A DNA stretch of 60,671 bases from a virus (IMGVR_UViG_3300049455_000013:1-60671); one strand, 5' to 3'; shown: positions 28,204 through 37,692, counted from the first letter of the stretch. Numbers and translations are program-made. Notes: a model not told the origin generated them from the letters alone.

Positions 28204-29729
28204 CGGTTGCGGTCTCCCATCAGCTCGGTACGGCGGGCCGAGACGGCGCCGTACAAGGTGCGCGCCTGCCGGCCATCCAGGCGCTCGGCCCCGCGAATGA
28301 TCGCGATGCGGTGGTTGACCTCTTCCAGCGCGATCGTGTTGGGCGCGGTCTCGGCCTGCCATTGCAGGAAGTCGTACGCCTCGCGCTCCGGGCCGGGCTC
28401 GGGGCGTTCCTGGAGCACGGAGTGCAGTCCGGCGTGCTCGTCGCCGGTGATCTCCTCACGCTCAAACGCGCCGTCCACGTCGCCCATCAGCTCGGCCAGC
28501 GGTGCACCCTTCCAGACGTGGGCGAACAGGAGATCGTGAGCAGCGGACGCCTCGCCTGGGGCGGCCCACGGGTCGGGTTCCTCAGCCGGCTCGCCAACGC
28601 GGTCTATGGCCGCTGTCGTCTCCAGCTCACGGCGACGGTTGCGCTCGATCCCGAGCAAGCCGGCGGTCTGCTCATCACTGGTGGCGGTCATCCGGTCGAA
28701 CAGATCGGCGAAGTTGACGACCGCACGGTCCAGCTCGGCGAGACTGGACGCGGAGTCGAGAGCGGCAGAGGCGATCTTGATCCGTTCGTCGCGGTCGGCC
28801 TTGACCTTGATCCCTCGCGCCTTCAGGCGCGCGCCGGCCAGCGTGCCCTCCCAGGCCCACGGCAACGCGGCGTCCCCGCCGATCGCGCGAGCCTGCTCGA
28901 AGAACGCCAGGCACTCCTCTCGCGTGGTCAGGGCCTCGATGCGCTGCGCCAGTGAGTTGCCGAACAGCTCGGCCCACGAGAGTAGCTTGCCCTCGTGCTC
29001 GACGGGGGACGGCTTGACGGCCGCACGGCGCGCGGTGACGGTCTTCCAGAGTTCCGGGTACTCGGCGAGAGGGGTCAGCGCTGCGGGCTCCAGGGCGGCC
29101 ACCAGGCGCTCCGTGTCGGCCGGTGGGAGGCTCAGTGTGGATGCCTCGCTCAGCGGCTCCCCCCGCCGACTACCGTCCTTCGCGGCCCCACCGTCGTCGT
29201 CCCCGCCCGGCGCCAGTCCGGTGACCGCGCAGAGGCAGTACCGGCGGGCGTAGGTCACAACGCTGCCGATCTCCTGCGGGTTGGCCCGGTCCGGGAGCGG
29301 CCACATTCCGGTGATCTCGCTCCCGCCGACGTGGCGCAGCGTGTACTTGAGCACGAAGCGCCATCCGGTCTCCCCTTCCAGGCGAACCATGGTGGGTACG
29401 CAACGCCAGGACAGCCCGAGCTTGCCGAGCAACGGCAGGACCGCCTCGCTCACGTCGGTCAGGTCGGCGTACTGGTAGTCGTAGAGTTTGCGTCCGTCCT
29501 TGACCACCTCGGCCGTCTCACCCTTGGCGACTCGGGGGAGGTTGAGCTGGAGCCAGGCCAGGGCCTCGTCCAGGGTGTTAGTCCAGCCAGCCCGCCACTG
29601 CGACACATGGCGGACAGCGGGGTTCGGATCGGCTGACCAAGCGCCTCCAGGGCCGAAAGCGTCGTCCAGCTTCTTGTCCAGGTCAGGGTCCGGCAGGTTG
29701 GCCGGTCGGGTCGGTTGGGTGCTGGCCAT
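28200..29729 (-). CDS. ERF-family single-strand annealing protein
   Basis: YQYADL...LPLLGKLGL...PQEIGSVVTYARRYCLCAVTGLA...DDDG. Confidence 0.9.
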   Translation of the reverse strand: MASTQPTRPANLPDPDLDKKLDDAFGPGGAWSADPNPAVRHVSQWRAGWTNTLDEALAWLQLNLPRVAKGETAEVVKDGRKLYDYQYADLTDVSEAVLPLLGKLGLSWRCVPTMVRLEGETGWRFVLKYTLRHVGGSEITGMWPLPDRANPQEIGSVVTYARRYCLCAVTGLAPGGDDDGGAAKDGSRRGEPLSEASTLSLPPADTERLVAALEPAALTPLAEYPELWKTVTARRAAVKPSPVEHEGKLLSWAELFGNSLAQRIEALTTREECLAFFEQARAIGGDAALPWAWEGTLAGARLKARGIKVKADRDERIKIASAALDSASSLAELDRAVVNFADLFDRMTATSDEQTAGLLGIERNRRRELETTAAIDRVGEPAEEPDPWAAPGEASAAHDLLFAHVWKGAPLAELMGDVDGAFEREEITGDEHAGLHSVLQERPEPGPEREAYDFLQWQAETAPNTIALEEVNHRIAIIRGAERLDGRQARTLYGAVSARRTELMGDRNR

Positions 29730-29784
29730 CGTTGGTCCTTCCGTGGGTCCAGGTGTATTGCATCACTATACAGCGAGGGTCTGA

Positions 29785-29820
29785 CAGAAGGGGAGCCGTA
29801 CCTAGCCGGCTCCCCTTCTG
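29785..29820 (-). terminator. Terminator-like hairpin
   Basis: 14-bp stem CAGAAGGGGAGCCG/CGGCTCCCCTTCTG. Confidence 0.7.
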
Positions 29821-29827
29821 GTCTTGG

Positions 29828-30292
29828 TCAGGCCACCCGGGCGAGCCGGTGCAGGCTGGCCGCGCGGTGCTGCTCGGTGATCTCCGAGTCGGCTGAGGTT
29901 GGATGCGTGGTGTTCGCGCGCATCGGACGACGCCGGACGGTCGCGGACGTTGCCGGACGGCTCGCGTCGCCGAACCTGGCCACCAGCTCAGCCATGGCCC
30001 GGCGGTACTCGTCGTTGGGCGGGGTGTACGAGCTGGCCGGCTCGATCGCGCGCTTCGCCGCGCGCTCGCGAACCTCAGCGATGACGATGGCCCGGCGCTT
30101 GAGCGGGCCAGGCTGGACGCCACCCTGGATGGGCTCAGCGGAGTCGAAGTGCTCGACGGCGGCCTGCATTACGTCGGCCACCTGGAGCGGCGCCATGATG
30201 GCGAGCCAGGCGTCTACGGCGCTCGCCGGGAACGCCCGGCGCTCGAAGCCCTCGATGAAGGCCAGGACGCGCTGTACGTCGGTGCGGTTCAT
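29828..30292 (-). CDS. Putative helicase loader/inhibitor-like protein
   Basis: Follows the initiator; MN...V...L..I...ERR.......DAW pattern. Confidence 0.55.
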   Translation of the reverse strand: MNRTDVQRVLAFIEGFERRAFPASAVDAWLAIMAPLQVADVMQAAVEHFDSAEPIQGGVQPGPLKRRAIVIAEVRERAAKRAIEPASSYTPPNDEYRRAMAELVARFGDASRPATSATVRRRPMRANTTHPTSADSEITEQHRAASLHRLARVA

Positions 30293-31308
30293 CCCGCCGT
30301 TACCTCCCGCCGTGCGGTCGGGTGCTCCGTCCACTCGGCATCGACGATAGTGTCTCTGTCCGGTCCAGTGTACCCCGTGGCATTACATGTAGTCGAGCGC
30401 GAATCGTAGATCCGTCGTGCCTCTTCGGTGATCTTCATGTTAGCCATCGGGTCACGCGGATCGGACCCGTCCCGAGCTTGCAGCTCATCCGCGATCTGGG
30501 CGATAGCGGCGGCCCGCTCGCGGCGCTCGTCGCCCTTCTCGGCGGCCGTCTGGTACGCCTGGCGGGTGGAGCCCGGGGCACGGCTCCCCGGTGGCGTGAG
30601 CCCCTGGATCTCGATCATGAACGAGTCCAGCATCCCCGGAAACGCGGCCTTGCCTCTGTCCAACTGGAGAGCCAGAGCCCGCTTGATTAGCTTGGCCGAG
30701 AACCCCTCCTCGATGAGTTCTTTGATCTTCCTGGCGTAACGACCTATCGCCTGCTTCGTGAGGGTGATGTCGCGACCCCCGCAGTAGTCGATCCAATCAG
30801 CGACGATCGATCCCGCGTTCGGCTCTGTGCTGGGCTCAGACGGCTCCGGGGTGGCCGGCGGCGCTTCAGCGTCGCCCTCCTCAGAGGAGGTCTTCTTCGT
30901 CTTCTTAGAAGAGAGGTATCCAGGGACGGGTTTTCCGTCGCTGGACTGAGCTGGGGAAACATCGTGTTCTCGCAGGTCAGGACTTGCGACGGGTTTTCCG
31001 GCGACGGATGTTCCGTCCGGCTCGGTCAGCTCATGATCGGTTCCGACCAGTCGGCCGCGCTCGTCTCGTACGTCAACCCGGCGCAGATACCCGGCTTCCT
31101 CCAGCTCTCGCAGACCTGAGCGCACCGCATCGCGGGCTTCCTTGCCCTCGCTCATGATCTGTTCGGTGGTGAGTCGGTAGTCCTTGGCGTGGCTGGCGAT
31201 GTAGGCCAGCAGGCCCTTCGCCTTCCAAGACAGCCGGGGGTCACGTAGCCAGTCATTGGAGATGATCGTGAACCGGTCGGCCGGGATGCTTCCACGTTTG
31301 ATCGACAT
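30289..31308 (-). CDS. Replication initiator protein (N-terminal wHTH)
   Basis: FTIISNDWLRDPRLSWKAKGLLAYI...AVRSGLRELEEAGYL. Confidence 0.85.
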   Translation of the reverse strand: MSIKRGSIPADRFTIISNDWLRDPRLSWKAKGLLAYIASHAKDYRLTTEQIMSEGKEARDAVRSGLRELEEAGYLRRVDVRDERGRLVGTDHELTEPDGTSVAGKPVASPDLREHDVSPAQSSDGKPVPGYLSSKKTKKTSSEEGDAEAPPATPEPSEPSTEPNAGSIVADWIDYCGGRDITLTKQAIGRYARKIKELIEEGFSAKLIKRALALQLDRGKAAFPGMLDSFMIEIQGLTPPGSRAPGSTRQAYQTAAEKGDERRERAAAIAQIADELQARDGSDPRDPMANMKITEEARRIYDSRSTTCNATGYTGPDRDTIVDAEWTEHPTARREVTAG

Positions 31309-31409
31309 TGGCTCTCCGGGTGGGTGTCGGCGCGAGCTGCTAGGCTGCGCTCGGACGTTGGGATGATGGTGGAAGCTGGACCTGGCTGGGGCTGGGTCCA
31401 GCTTTGCGT

Positions 31410-31760
31410 TTAGGCAGCGGTCCGGGTTCCTCGCGTCGACTCACGCGCCACGGACCCCCGGGGCCAGCGCTTCGTCTCCCACAGCCAGTCGAGCACGGTG
31501 GAGATGGCCCGCCACTGGGGCTTGTCGGAGTACCGGTCGTCATCGGGCTGCGGGAATGGCTTCTTGAGCTTGCCCGGCCCGGTGTAGTCGACCCTGCTGC
31601 GCTGCCGCCAGATCATGGGCGTGTTCGGCGCGACGCCGGCAAGCTGTGCGATCTGCGGTAGGCCGATCAGCGGATCCTGCTCGTGGATGCCCAGCTCGGC
31701 GCGGATGAACGTCTGCGCGGCAGCGACCGCCTCGGGCGGTACGGATAGGTCTGTGGCCAT
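31410..31760 (-). CDS. AlpA/MerR-like HTH DNA-binding protein
   Basis: LIGLPQIAQLAGV...WRQR...FPQPD...PQW...VLDW. Confidence 0.7.
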   Translation of the reverse strand: MATDLSVPPEAVAAAQTFIRAELGIHEQDPLIGLPQIAQLAGVAPNTPMIWRQRSRVDYTGPGKLKKPFPQPDDDRYSDKPQWRAISTVLDWLWETKRWPRGSVARESTRGTRTAA

Positions 31761-31858
31761 CACGCCTCGCATTCCTGTATAGTGGTAGTTGACATGAGCC
31801 CCTGTCCCATACAATCATGACACATGACAGAGGTCAACTAACAGGTCGGGTGGCCGCG

Positions 31859-32248
31859 ATGAGGCTGGATCTCGCCCAGGATCTTGTGAGGGCGCGCTGC
31901 TGGGGGCGCTGCGAAGGCTGCGGACTCTTCGGCACGATCCAGGTGCATCACAGGCTCGCCCGGGGCATGGGCGGGGTGTCCCGTGTGGCGGCCGAGGCCG
32001 CCAACGACCCGCGCAACCTGATGGCGCTGTGCCCCGGCTGCCACGACCAGACCGAGCACGCCGACACCTGGCGTGAGTGCGAGGCCAAGGGGTGGCGCTT
32101 CCGTCACGGCATCGACGTGGACCCGCTGAGCACGCCGGCCCTGATCCACACCGTGCAGGGCTACGGCTGGTGGCACTTCACCGAGACCGGAGGTTACCGC
32201 TGGGCCGACCTGCCCGACGAACACCGATTCACCTGGAGAGAGGACTAG
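31859..32248 (+). CDS. HNH endonuclease
   Basis: CEGC...VHHR..R..GG...N...LC..CH. Confidence 0.85.
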   Translation: MRLDLAQDLVRARCWGRCEGCGLFGTIQVHHRLARGMGGVSRVAAEAANDPRNLMALCPGCHDQTEHADTWRECEAKGWRFRHGIDVDPLSTPALIHTVQGYGWWHFTETGGYRWADLPDEHRFTWRED

Positions 32249-32251
32249 ACC

Positions 32252-33502
32252 ATGGCAGGACAAACGCACAACATCAAACAGATCTTGGAAAATATGAAGG
32301 TGTTGGGGTGGCCCATCCGTAACGGGCGCGGCGCGGGACACCTGATCGTCACCAGCCCCGCCGGCCACCCGATGCACATCAGCCTGAACGTCAGTCGCGG
32401 TAGCGGCTACCACGACTCGATACGCCAGATCGAGGCATCCGGGTTCTTCGAGGCATGGGAGGCGCATGTGCAACAGAGCAAGCCGGCCCGCAAGAGGGTG
32501 ACGGCTGCTGTTCGACCGGCGCCGGCCAAGGTGGCGGTCGCGCCGTTCAGCTCCGCGCTACCGGCCGAGGCGTTGCCGGAAGACCCGGACGGCATGGTTA
32601 CCCGGACCATCGTGCTGACTCCAGCGCTGGCTACCGAGTACCTGAACCGACCGCCGGCCCAGCTTGACGACGGTACCCAGATCATGCAGCGGACCCTCAG
32701 CCAGATCTGGGTGGAGGAGATCGCCACCTGGATAAGGAACGGTGACTGGGACGAGTCGTACGAGGGGATCGCGTTCGACCCGACCGGCGCCCTGCTGGAT
32801 GGCGCGCACCGCTGCTGGGCCGTCATCGAGGCCGACCAGGAGGTACCGGTGCGGGCGACGTTCAACGCGCCGGCTCGCCTCTTCCAGATCACCAACCAGG
32901 GCCGCAAGCGGTCGAACGCGAACATCCTTCAGACCCTCTCCGACCCGAGTGCCCGCGACCTGGCCAGCGCGCTACGGATGGTCTGGCAGTACGGACGCTG
33001 GACGGAGGGTGACAAGCGTTTCACTATGACGCACTGGCGCAACTGGACCTCCCCGCCGATGTCCGGTCCCGAGCTGGTGCGGGTGCGTGCCGCGCACACC
33101 CCGCCGATAAGCGACGTGGACATTCACGACTCGCTGACCATGGTGGGTCCGATGCGCAAGATCAAGGGCGTCGTTTCGGCCGGCATCGCCTGGCATCACC
33201 TGGCGGCCATGTACTGGCAGGGTGATCCGGGCCTGCTGGTCGCCACCGTCGAGAAGCTGCGCGCCGGGACAATGCTCACGGGAGGAGACCCGGTGCTGGC
33301 GTTCCGGGACTGGTCGATCGCTATGGGGGGCAAGCGGCTGCTGGACAAGCGGGAGCGGCAGTTCATGGGGCTACTCAAGATGTGGCGCGCCGTGGTGGCG
33401 GGTGACGAGATGAAATCTGTTCGCATCGGAGTGGACGAGCCGATGCCGAAGTTCCCCACGATGGCCAAGCGAAGGCGTGCCAAGCAGGACGAATCCGAGT
33501 AG
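32252..33502 (+). CDS. ParB/Srx-like protein with HicA-like N-terminal domain
   Basis: LTPALATEYL...QR...GDW....IAFD..GALLDGAHRC.AV; N-terminal LGW......GHLIVTSPAG. Confidence 0.75.
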   Translation: MAGQTHNIKQILENMKVLGWPIRNGRGAGHLIVTSPAGHPMHISLNVSRGSGYHDSIRQIEASGFFEAWEAHVQQSKPARKRVTAAVRPAPAKVAVAPFSSALPAEALPEDPDGMVTRTIVLTPALATEYLNRPPAQLDDGTQIMQRTLSQIWVEEIATWIRNGDWDESYEGIAFDPTGALLDGAHRCWAVIEADQEVPVRATFNAPARLFQITNQGRKRSNANILQTLSDPSARDLASALRMVWQYGRWTEGDKRFTMTHWRNWTSPPMSGPELVRVRAAHTPPISDVDIHDSLTMVGPMRKIKGVVSAGIAWHHLAAMYWQGDPGLLVATVEKLRAGTMLTGGDPVLAFRDWSIAMGGKRLLDKRERQFMGLLKMWRAVVAGDEMKSVRIGVDEPMPKFPTMAKRRRAKQDESE

Positions 33503-33589
33503 ATCAACCGGTCAATCTTGACCGGTCTCCCTCCTCCCGGCGTACGGTGCCCGGGGGGAGGCCGCCAACGAGAGAGGGAGTAAGCACGC

Positions 33590-34000
33590 ATGTTGCCGTT
33601 CCTGATCGCCGCTGCCGTCGTGTTCCTGGCGCTGGTGCTGCCGGTGCCGCTGTACGGCCGACACATCGAGCGGAGCCGCCAGCGCGCCGGCCTGCGAGCC
33701 GTGCAGGCGCGGGTGCTGGAGCGCCTGTCGCCCACCGAGATCTCCCCCGTGCCGGCGTCGGCCCAGACCGTCGCGTTGCCCAAGGTGGGGTACCTCAATG
33801 AGGCCGAGAAGGACGCGAAGGAAGACCTAGCCCGGCGCAACCGCCGTACGGTGCGGGTGCTGGACCGACTGGAGGAGGGCTGGAAGCGCGAGCTTGACCA
33901 GGTACTCCAGGCCGCGCTGGACGCACTCAAGCTGGACAGGGCCGACCGCGCCTGGGCGCTCGTGCACTCGGGCGAACAGCGGATTCTGCTCCCGGCGTAA
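33590..34000 (+). CDS. Membrane-anchored hypothetical protein
   Basis: N-terminal TM; GGGAG RBS. Confidence 0.7.
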   Translation: MLPFLIAAAVVFLALVLPVPLYGRHIERSRQRAGLRAVQARVLERLSPTEISPVPASAQTVALPKVGYLNEAEKDAKEDLARRNRRTVRVLDRLEEGWKRELDQVLQAALDALKLDRADRAWALVHSGEQRILLPA

Positions 34001-34019
34001 TTGATCTGTAGGGGCTGGC

Positions 34020-34048
34020 TTGACACTCCATCTGGAGCGATGTAGCGT
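34020..34048 (+). promoter_or_regulatory. Sigma70-type promoter
   Basis: TTGACA-N17-TAGCGT; spacer contains the palindrome CTCCA-TC-TGGAG. Confidence 0.75.
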
Positions 34049-34082
34049 CAGGGCATACACACCGATCCACCTGGAGGACCAA

Positions 34083-35297
34083 GTGACCAGTCCTAACTTC
34101 ACCAACTACGACCCGACCACCGACCCGACCGTTAGCGGCTGGGGCGGCTCGGACTACGACCGGCGCGAGTCCGGCATCACGCACAACATCGACACCAGCG
34201 TCCCGAACGGTGCCTTCGCCTCGGTCCGGGCGCCCGGCTGGCACAAGCTCGGCGTGGTACACACGGAGCAGGTCAGCGCGGAAACCCTGCTCAAGAGCGC
34301 GCACGCCGACTACAAGGTGTTCAAGGCGCCCGACTTCGCGCACGTCGAGCGGCCCTGGCTGAACGCCAGTGGCGATCCGGTCATGATCGAAGGCGTGGCC
34401 CAGACCCACGTGGAGCACGTGGAAGATCCGAGCAAGAACAAGCTGTGCCGCGTGCACCCGGTGACCGGGGCGGTTCAGGTGCTCGGCACCTGCTCGCCGT
34501 CGTACCAGCCGATCGACAACGAAGACGCCTTCCTCGGGTTCGGGGACGCGCTGATCGACGTGGCTGAGCCCAACGTGAGCACGTGCGGCGTGCTGTACGA
34601 GGGCCGGCAGGCGTTCATGTGCTGGAAGCTGCCCAAGGACGTGCTGGTCGGCGGCGTGGACGCCTCGGAGTGGTGGCTGCTGGTCCGTACGAGCCACGAC
34701 CTGAGCGTCCCGTTGACCTGCGCGATCACGCCCCTGCGCACGGTGTGCGCGAACACGGTGCGGTGGAACCTGCGCAACGCCAAATCGTCGTGGTCGATCA
34801 AGCACACCCGCAACGCCAAGCTCGCGCTCACCCAGGCGCGCGAGGCGCTGAAGCTGACCTACGCCTACACCAACGAGTGGGCGCGCATCGCCAACGAGCT
34901 GATCTCCGTCCCGCTGATGCCCAAGGTGTTCGACCGGATCGTCACCGAGGCGTTCGGGCCGGGCGAAGACGCCAAGCCCAAGAAGGTCGAAATCTGGGAG
35001 ACCAAGCGGGCTGAGCTGCTTCACCTGTTCACGCAGGCTGACACGCAGGACAACATCCGCAACACCGCGTGGGCCGGCGTGCAGACCATCGGCGAGTTCG
35101 CCGACTGGAAAATGCCGGTACAGGTCAAGGGCTGGGACGCGGACGGGTACCGCTTCTGGCGCTCGATCTCCGGTGAGAAGACCGTTGCCAACGCGAAGGC
35201 TGCCGCGCTGCGCCTGTTCGCGGACTACGCGGGTGTGCGCCTGGATGCCCAGCCGCTCTCCATGCATAACGCCGAGCTGGCCGACCTGTCCGTCTGA
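34083..35297 (+). CDS. DUF932-family phage/plasmid protein
   Basis: PGWHKLG, YQPIDNEDAF, TCGVLYEGR..F, TSHD.S, TPLRTVCANT, IKHT. Confidence 0.85.
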   Translation: MTSPNFTNYDPTTDPTVSGWGGSDYDRRESGITHNIDTSVPNGAFASVRAPGWHKLGVVHTEQVSAETLLKSAHADYKVFKAPDFAHVERPWLNASGDPVMIEGVAQTHVEHVEDPSKNKLCRVHPVTGAVQVLGTCSPSYQPIDNEDAFLGFGDALIDVAEPNVSTCGVLYEGRQAFMCWKLPKDVLVGGVDASEWWLLVRTSHDLSVPLTCAITPLRTVCANTVRWNLRNAKSSWSIKHTRNAKLALTQAREALKLTYAYTNEWARIANELISVPLMPKVFDRIVTEAFGPGEDAKPKKVEIWETKRAELLHLFTQADTQDNIRNTAWAGVQTIGEFADWKMPVQVKGWDADGYRFWRSISGEKTVANAKAAALRLFADYAGVRLDAQPLSMHNAELADLSV

Positions 35298-35305
35298 TCG
35301 AAGTC

Positions 35306-35344
35306 GTCCGGCCGGGGCCTGGTGTTGACTCGCCCCGGCCGGAC
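35306..35344 (+). terminator. Intergenic hairpin
   Basis: 13-bp stem GTCCGGCCGGGGC/GCCCCGGCCGGAC. Confidence 0.6.
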
Positions 35345-35364
35345 CCATCCACCTGGAGGAAGAG

Positions 35365-35886
35365 ATGACCGACCAGAACGAATACCGCGAGCTGGTGAAA
35401 CTGATGCGTCAGGCCGTTGAGAATGGCCACTTCCGGGCACCCGGAACCGCCTTCGGCCAGAGGCTCATGCGCACCCTGGAGCGCGCCGGGCGCGAGCTGG
35501 ACCCGCCGGCCAGCGGGTACCCCGAGCACGACAAGCTGACCAAGGTCAGCGACCGCACGCAGGCCGTGGGCGATTTCGCGGACTGGTGCGGTGAGAAGGG
35601 CTATCGCCTGATGAGCTACCTGGACAAGAGCTGGACGGAGTTTGAGGACTGCGGGGAGTGCTGGCACTCCACCGATAGCGCCCGCCAGCGGTGCGCGGAG
35701 CAGAAGCGCTGCGAGCACTGCGCCGGCACGCACCGGGTTCAGGTGACCCGGCGGGAGCAGGGCTGGTTCAACGCGCCACCGACGACGGACCTGCTGGCCA
35801 AGTGGGCGGGCATCGACCAGGCGGCGTTGGAGAGCGAGAAGCGCGCCATGCTGGACACCCTTCGCGCACGGCAGGTCAGCGCATGA
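35365..35886 (+). CDS. Hypothetical protein with Zn-finger insert
   Basis: YPEHDKL...QAVGDF.DW; CxxC...CxxC; GIDQAALESEKRAML. Confidence 0.75.
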   Translation: MTDQNEYRELVKLMRQAVENGHFRAPGTAFGQRLMRTLERAGRELDPPASGYPEHDKLTKVSDRTQAVGDFADWCGEKGYRLMSYLDKSWTEFEDCGECWHSTDSARQRCAEQKRCEHCAGTHRVQVTRREQGWFNAPPTTDLLAKWAGIDQAALESEKRAMLDTLRARQVSA

Positions 35887-35978
35887 GCCGGCCAAGCGGA
35901 CCGCTCAACGCATACGCGATCATCGTCGTTTCCGTTGTCCTGCTGTTCCTGGTGGCCGTGCTGTGGGGCTGGCTGTGA
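35883..35978 (+). CDS. 31-aa single-TM peptide
   Basis: ATGA/GTGA coupling. Confidence 0.5.
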   Translation: MSRPSGPLNAYAIIVVSVVLLFLVAVLWGWL

Positions 35979-36352
35979 TCCAGAAGCAGACCGCTCCGCT
36001 ACCGGGGGAGGAGGCGTGGATCCCCCCCCCGGTGGACGGCGCGCTCATGTGGCCCCGGCGCAAGATCTTTGGCGGGGATGCGAAGTGGACCCCGTACCGG
36101 GGCAAAACACATATGACCTGTTCCACGTGCGTCGAAGTCCTGATGGATCATGACAAGCAGCCGTACCCGCGCCACCCTGGCCATCCCGCGCCGGCCACGA
36201 AACGACGCAAGGGGCCGAACGGCGAGACGGTGCACTGCGCCCGGCACGGCATGGAGCTGGAGCGCAAGGACAACGAGATCAAGGCCAGGCTGGCGGTTCA
36301 GCGGGCACACCAGGACGCGCTCAACCGCAGCACCCGGCGTGTCGGGCGGTAG
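35975..36352 (+). CDS. Zn-finger hypothetical protein
   Basis: CxxC...CxxH. Confidence 0.65.
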   Translation: MIQKQTAPLPGEEAWIPPPVDGALMWPRRKIFGGDAKWTPYRGKTHMTCSTCVEVLMDHDKQPYPRHPGHPAPATKRRKGPNGETVHCARHGMELERKDNEIKARLAVQRAHQDALNRSTRRVGR

Positions 36353-36386
36353 CTCCACCTGGAATGGGACGCCACGGGTCGGCAGG

Positions 36387-36415
36387 TTGTAAACCGGACG
36401 CCGAGACGCTATACT
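36387..36415 (+). promoter_or_regulatory. Strong sigma70-type promoter for the non-coding locus
   Basis: TTGTAA-N17-TATACT. Confidence 0.75.
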
Positions 36416-36421
36416 GAGCAA

Positions 36422-37263
36422 CAGGTCGGGTATCGCGGCCCGACCAGAGTCCCAAGGGGCGACAAGCCCCGGCTGTGCACACGGAAGGCGGACCCTTGCC
36501 GACCAGGACTCGGGGAAGGGGTAGGCGCCGAAGTGCCTGCGCTAGGCGCGGGCGAAGGTGTCGACCACCAGCGGGCAGGACAGTAACGGACTGCTTGAGA
36601 AATAGCTGGAGGCCAGGTGATCGAGTCCTGGCGGGGGATGTGGGGAAGTGCTGCTTCGCGGCGGTTGGCCCTGCTCCGGGTTCGACCCCCGGGCATCCAC
36701 ATGCCGGCAACGCACCGGAAAGGCTTCCCCCGACAGGTAGCGCTACCTGATAGCGGACACGGGAACCGCCAATTACGGGTGACACCAGGCATGGCACCGG
36801 CTGCTGCTACGCCGGGGAGCGCGGGACACCCCCGGGGGTGGGCCTGGAGATCGGACTCCGACGCGCACGCACAAGACCAGCTCTGAGGGCCGCAATCCGC
36901 AGGGCTGGGCGCGGGAGCCGATCGGCATCTTGGCCGGTGTACCCGCTGGACCGCACCCGGCGTTCCATGCCGGGAGGGCCGCTTTCCCGAGGAATGGGGC
37001 GAGCGGATCGGGGTTCGACTCCCTGGGCGGTTACGGGTGATGGCCAACGCCGGGGTAGCTCCCTGGCGCGCCGGGCTCATGCACTGGCCAGTGAAGTCGT
37101 ACGGCACCGCAGGGCGGTCCCCGGCTAGTCGTATGGCGTGGTAGCGCTGCCTGTTGGACAGCCGCCCGCGCTCTCCCGAAGGAGAGCCGGGGGAGCCGGG
37201 TTCGATTCCCGGGCAGTGTGCGGCCCCCGTCCGTCCACGGGTTCAAATCCCCGGGCGGGCGGG
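36422..37263 (+). ncRNA. Large structured ncRNA / array of tRNA-like modules
   Basis: No credible ORF; dense hairpins; 10-bp long-range helix 36503-36512/36622-36631; four T-arm hairpins with TTCRA loops. Confidence 0.7.
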
Positions 37264-37290
37264 ATGGCACCTGTTCCACCTGGAGGAGAA

Positions 37291-37692
37291 GTGAAGGAAG
37301 CCACGCAGGGCGCACGGGCCATGAACGCGCCCGAGGAGCGGGCTGCTCCCGACCAGGCCAGCCAGTACGGCAAGTCCAACGCCAAGCGGTTCGTCCGGGC
37401 CGAGCGGCGAGCCCATGAACGGGCAGCCGCGCGCCGGACCAGCTCACGTACCCCTGGGCGGACTGGCAAGGACCGGCTGGACCGGTGGCAGCGCGAATCC
37501 TGGGTGTCGCTAGTTCAGCAGGCGGGCCGGCTCGGAATCGAGCTGGAGACCGTGGCCGACCGAAAGCGCGTGGTCATCGCACTCCAGCGGGAGCAGGCGG
37601 CGCTGGCTGGTGTGAGCCCAGCCGTCTGGGCCTGCTCTACCCGCAAGCGGCGTGGCGCCCTAATGGCGTTGGGCCACCTGTCTCAGCTATGA
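37291..37692 (+). CDS. Basic hypothetical protein
   Basis: GTG start after CCACCTGGAGG; directly downstream of the ncRNA locus. Confidence 0.65.
   Translation: MKEATQGARAMNAPEERAAPDQASQYGKSNAKRFVRAERRAHERAAARRTSSRTPGRTGKDRLDRWQRESWVSLVQQAGRLGIELETVADRKRVVIALQREQAALAGVSPAVWACSTRKRRGALMALGHLSQL

Noticed and set aside
31789-31815. TTGACA...TACAAT as a rightward promoter
   Set aside because: Spacer is only 15 nt; the region is probably regulatory but this pairing is not confidently a promoter
36636-37263. Calling the four T-arm elements functional tRNA genes
   Set aside because: No canonical D-arm plus 7-nt anticodon loop and no clear CCA; isotype cannot be assigned
36409-37290. ORFs in the track overlapping the structured locus (e.g. 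36409-37107 -, 36475-36750 +, 36617-36886 +, and the 5' extension of 37138-37692)
   Set aside because: Arg/Pro/Gly-rich shadow-type translations with no RBS; better explained as non-coding structure
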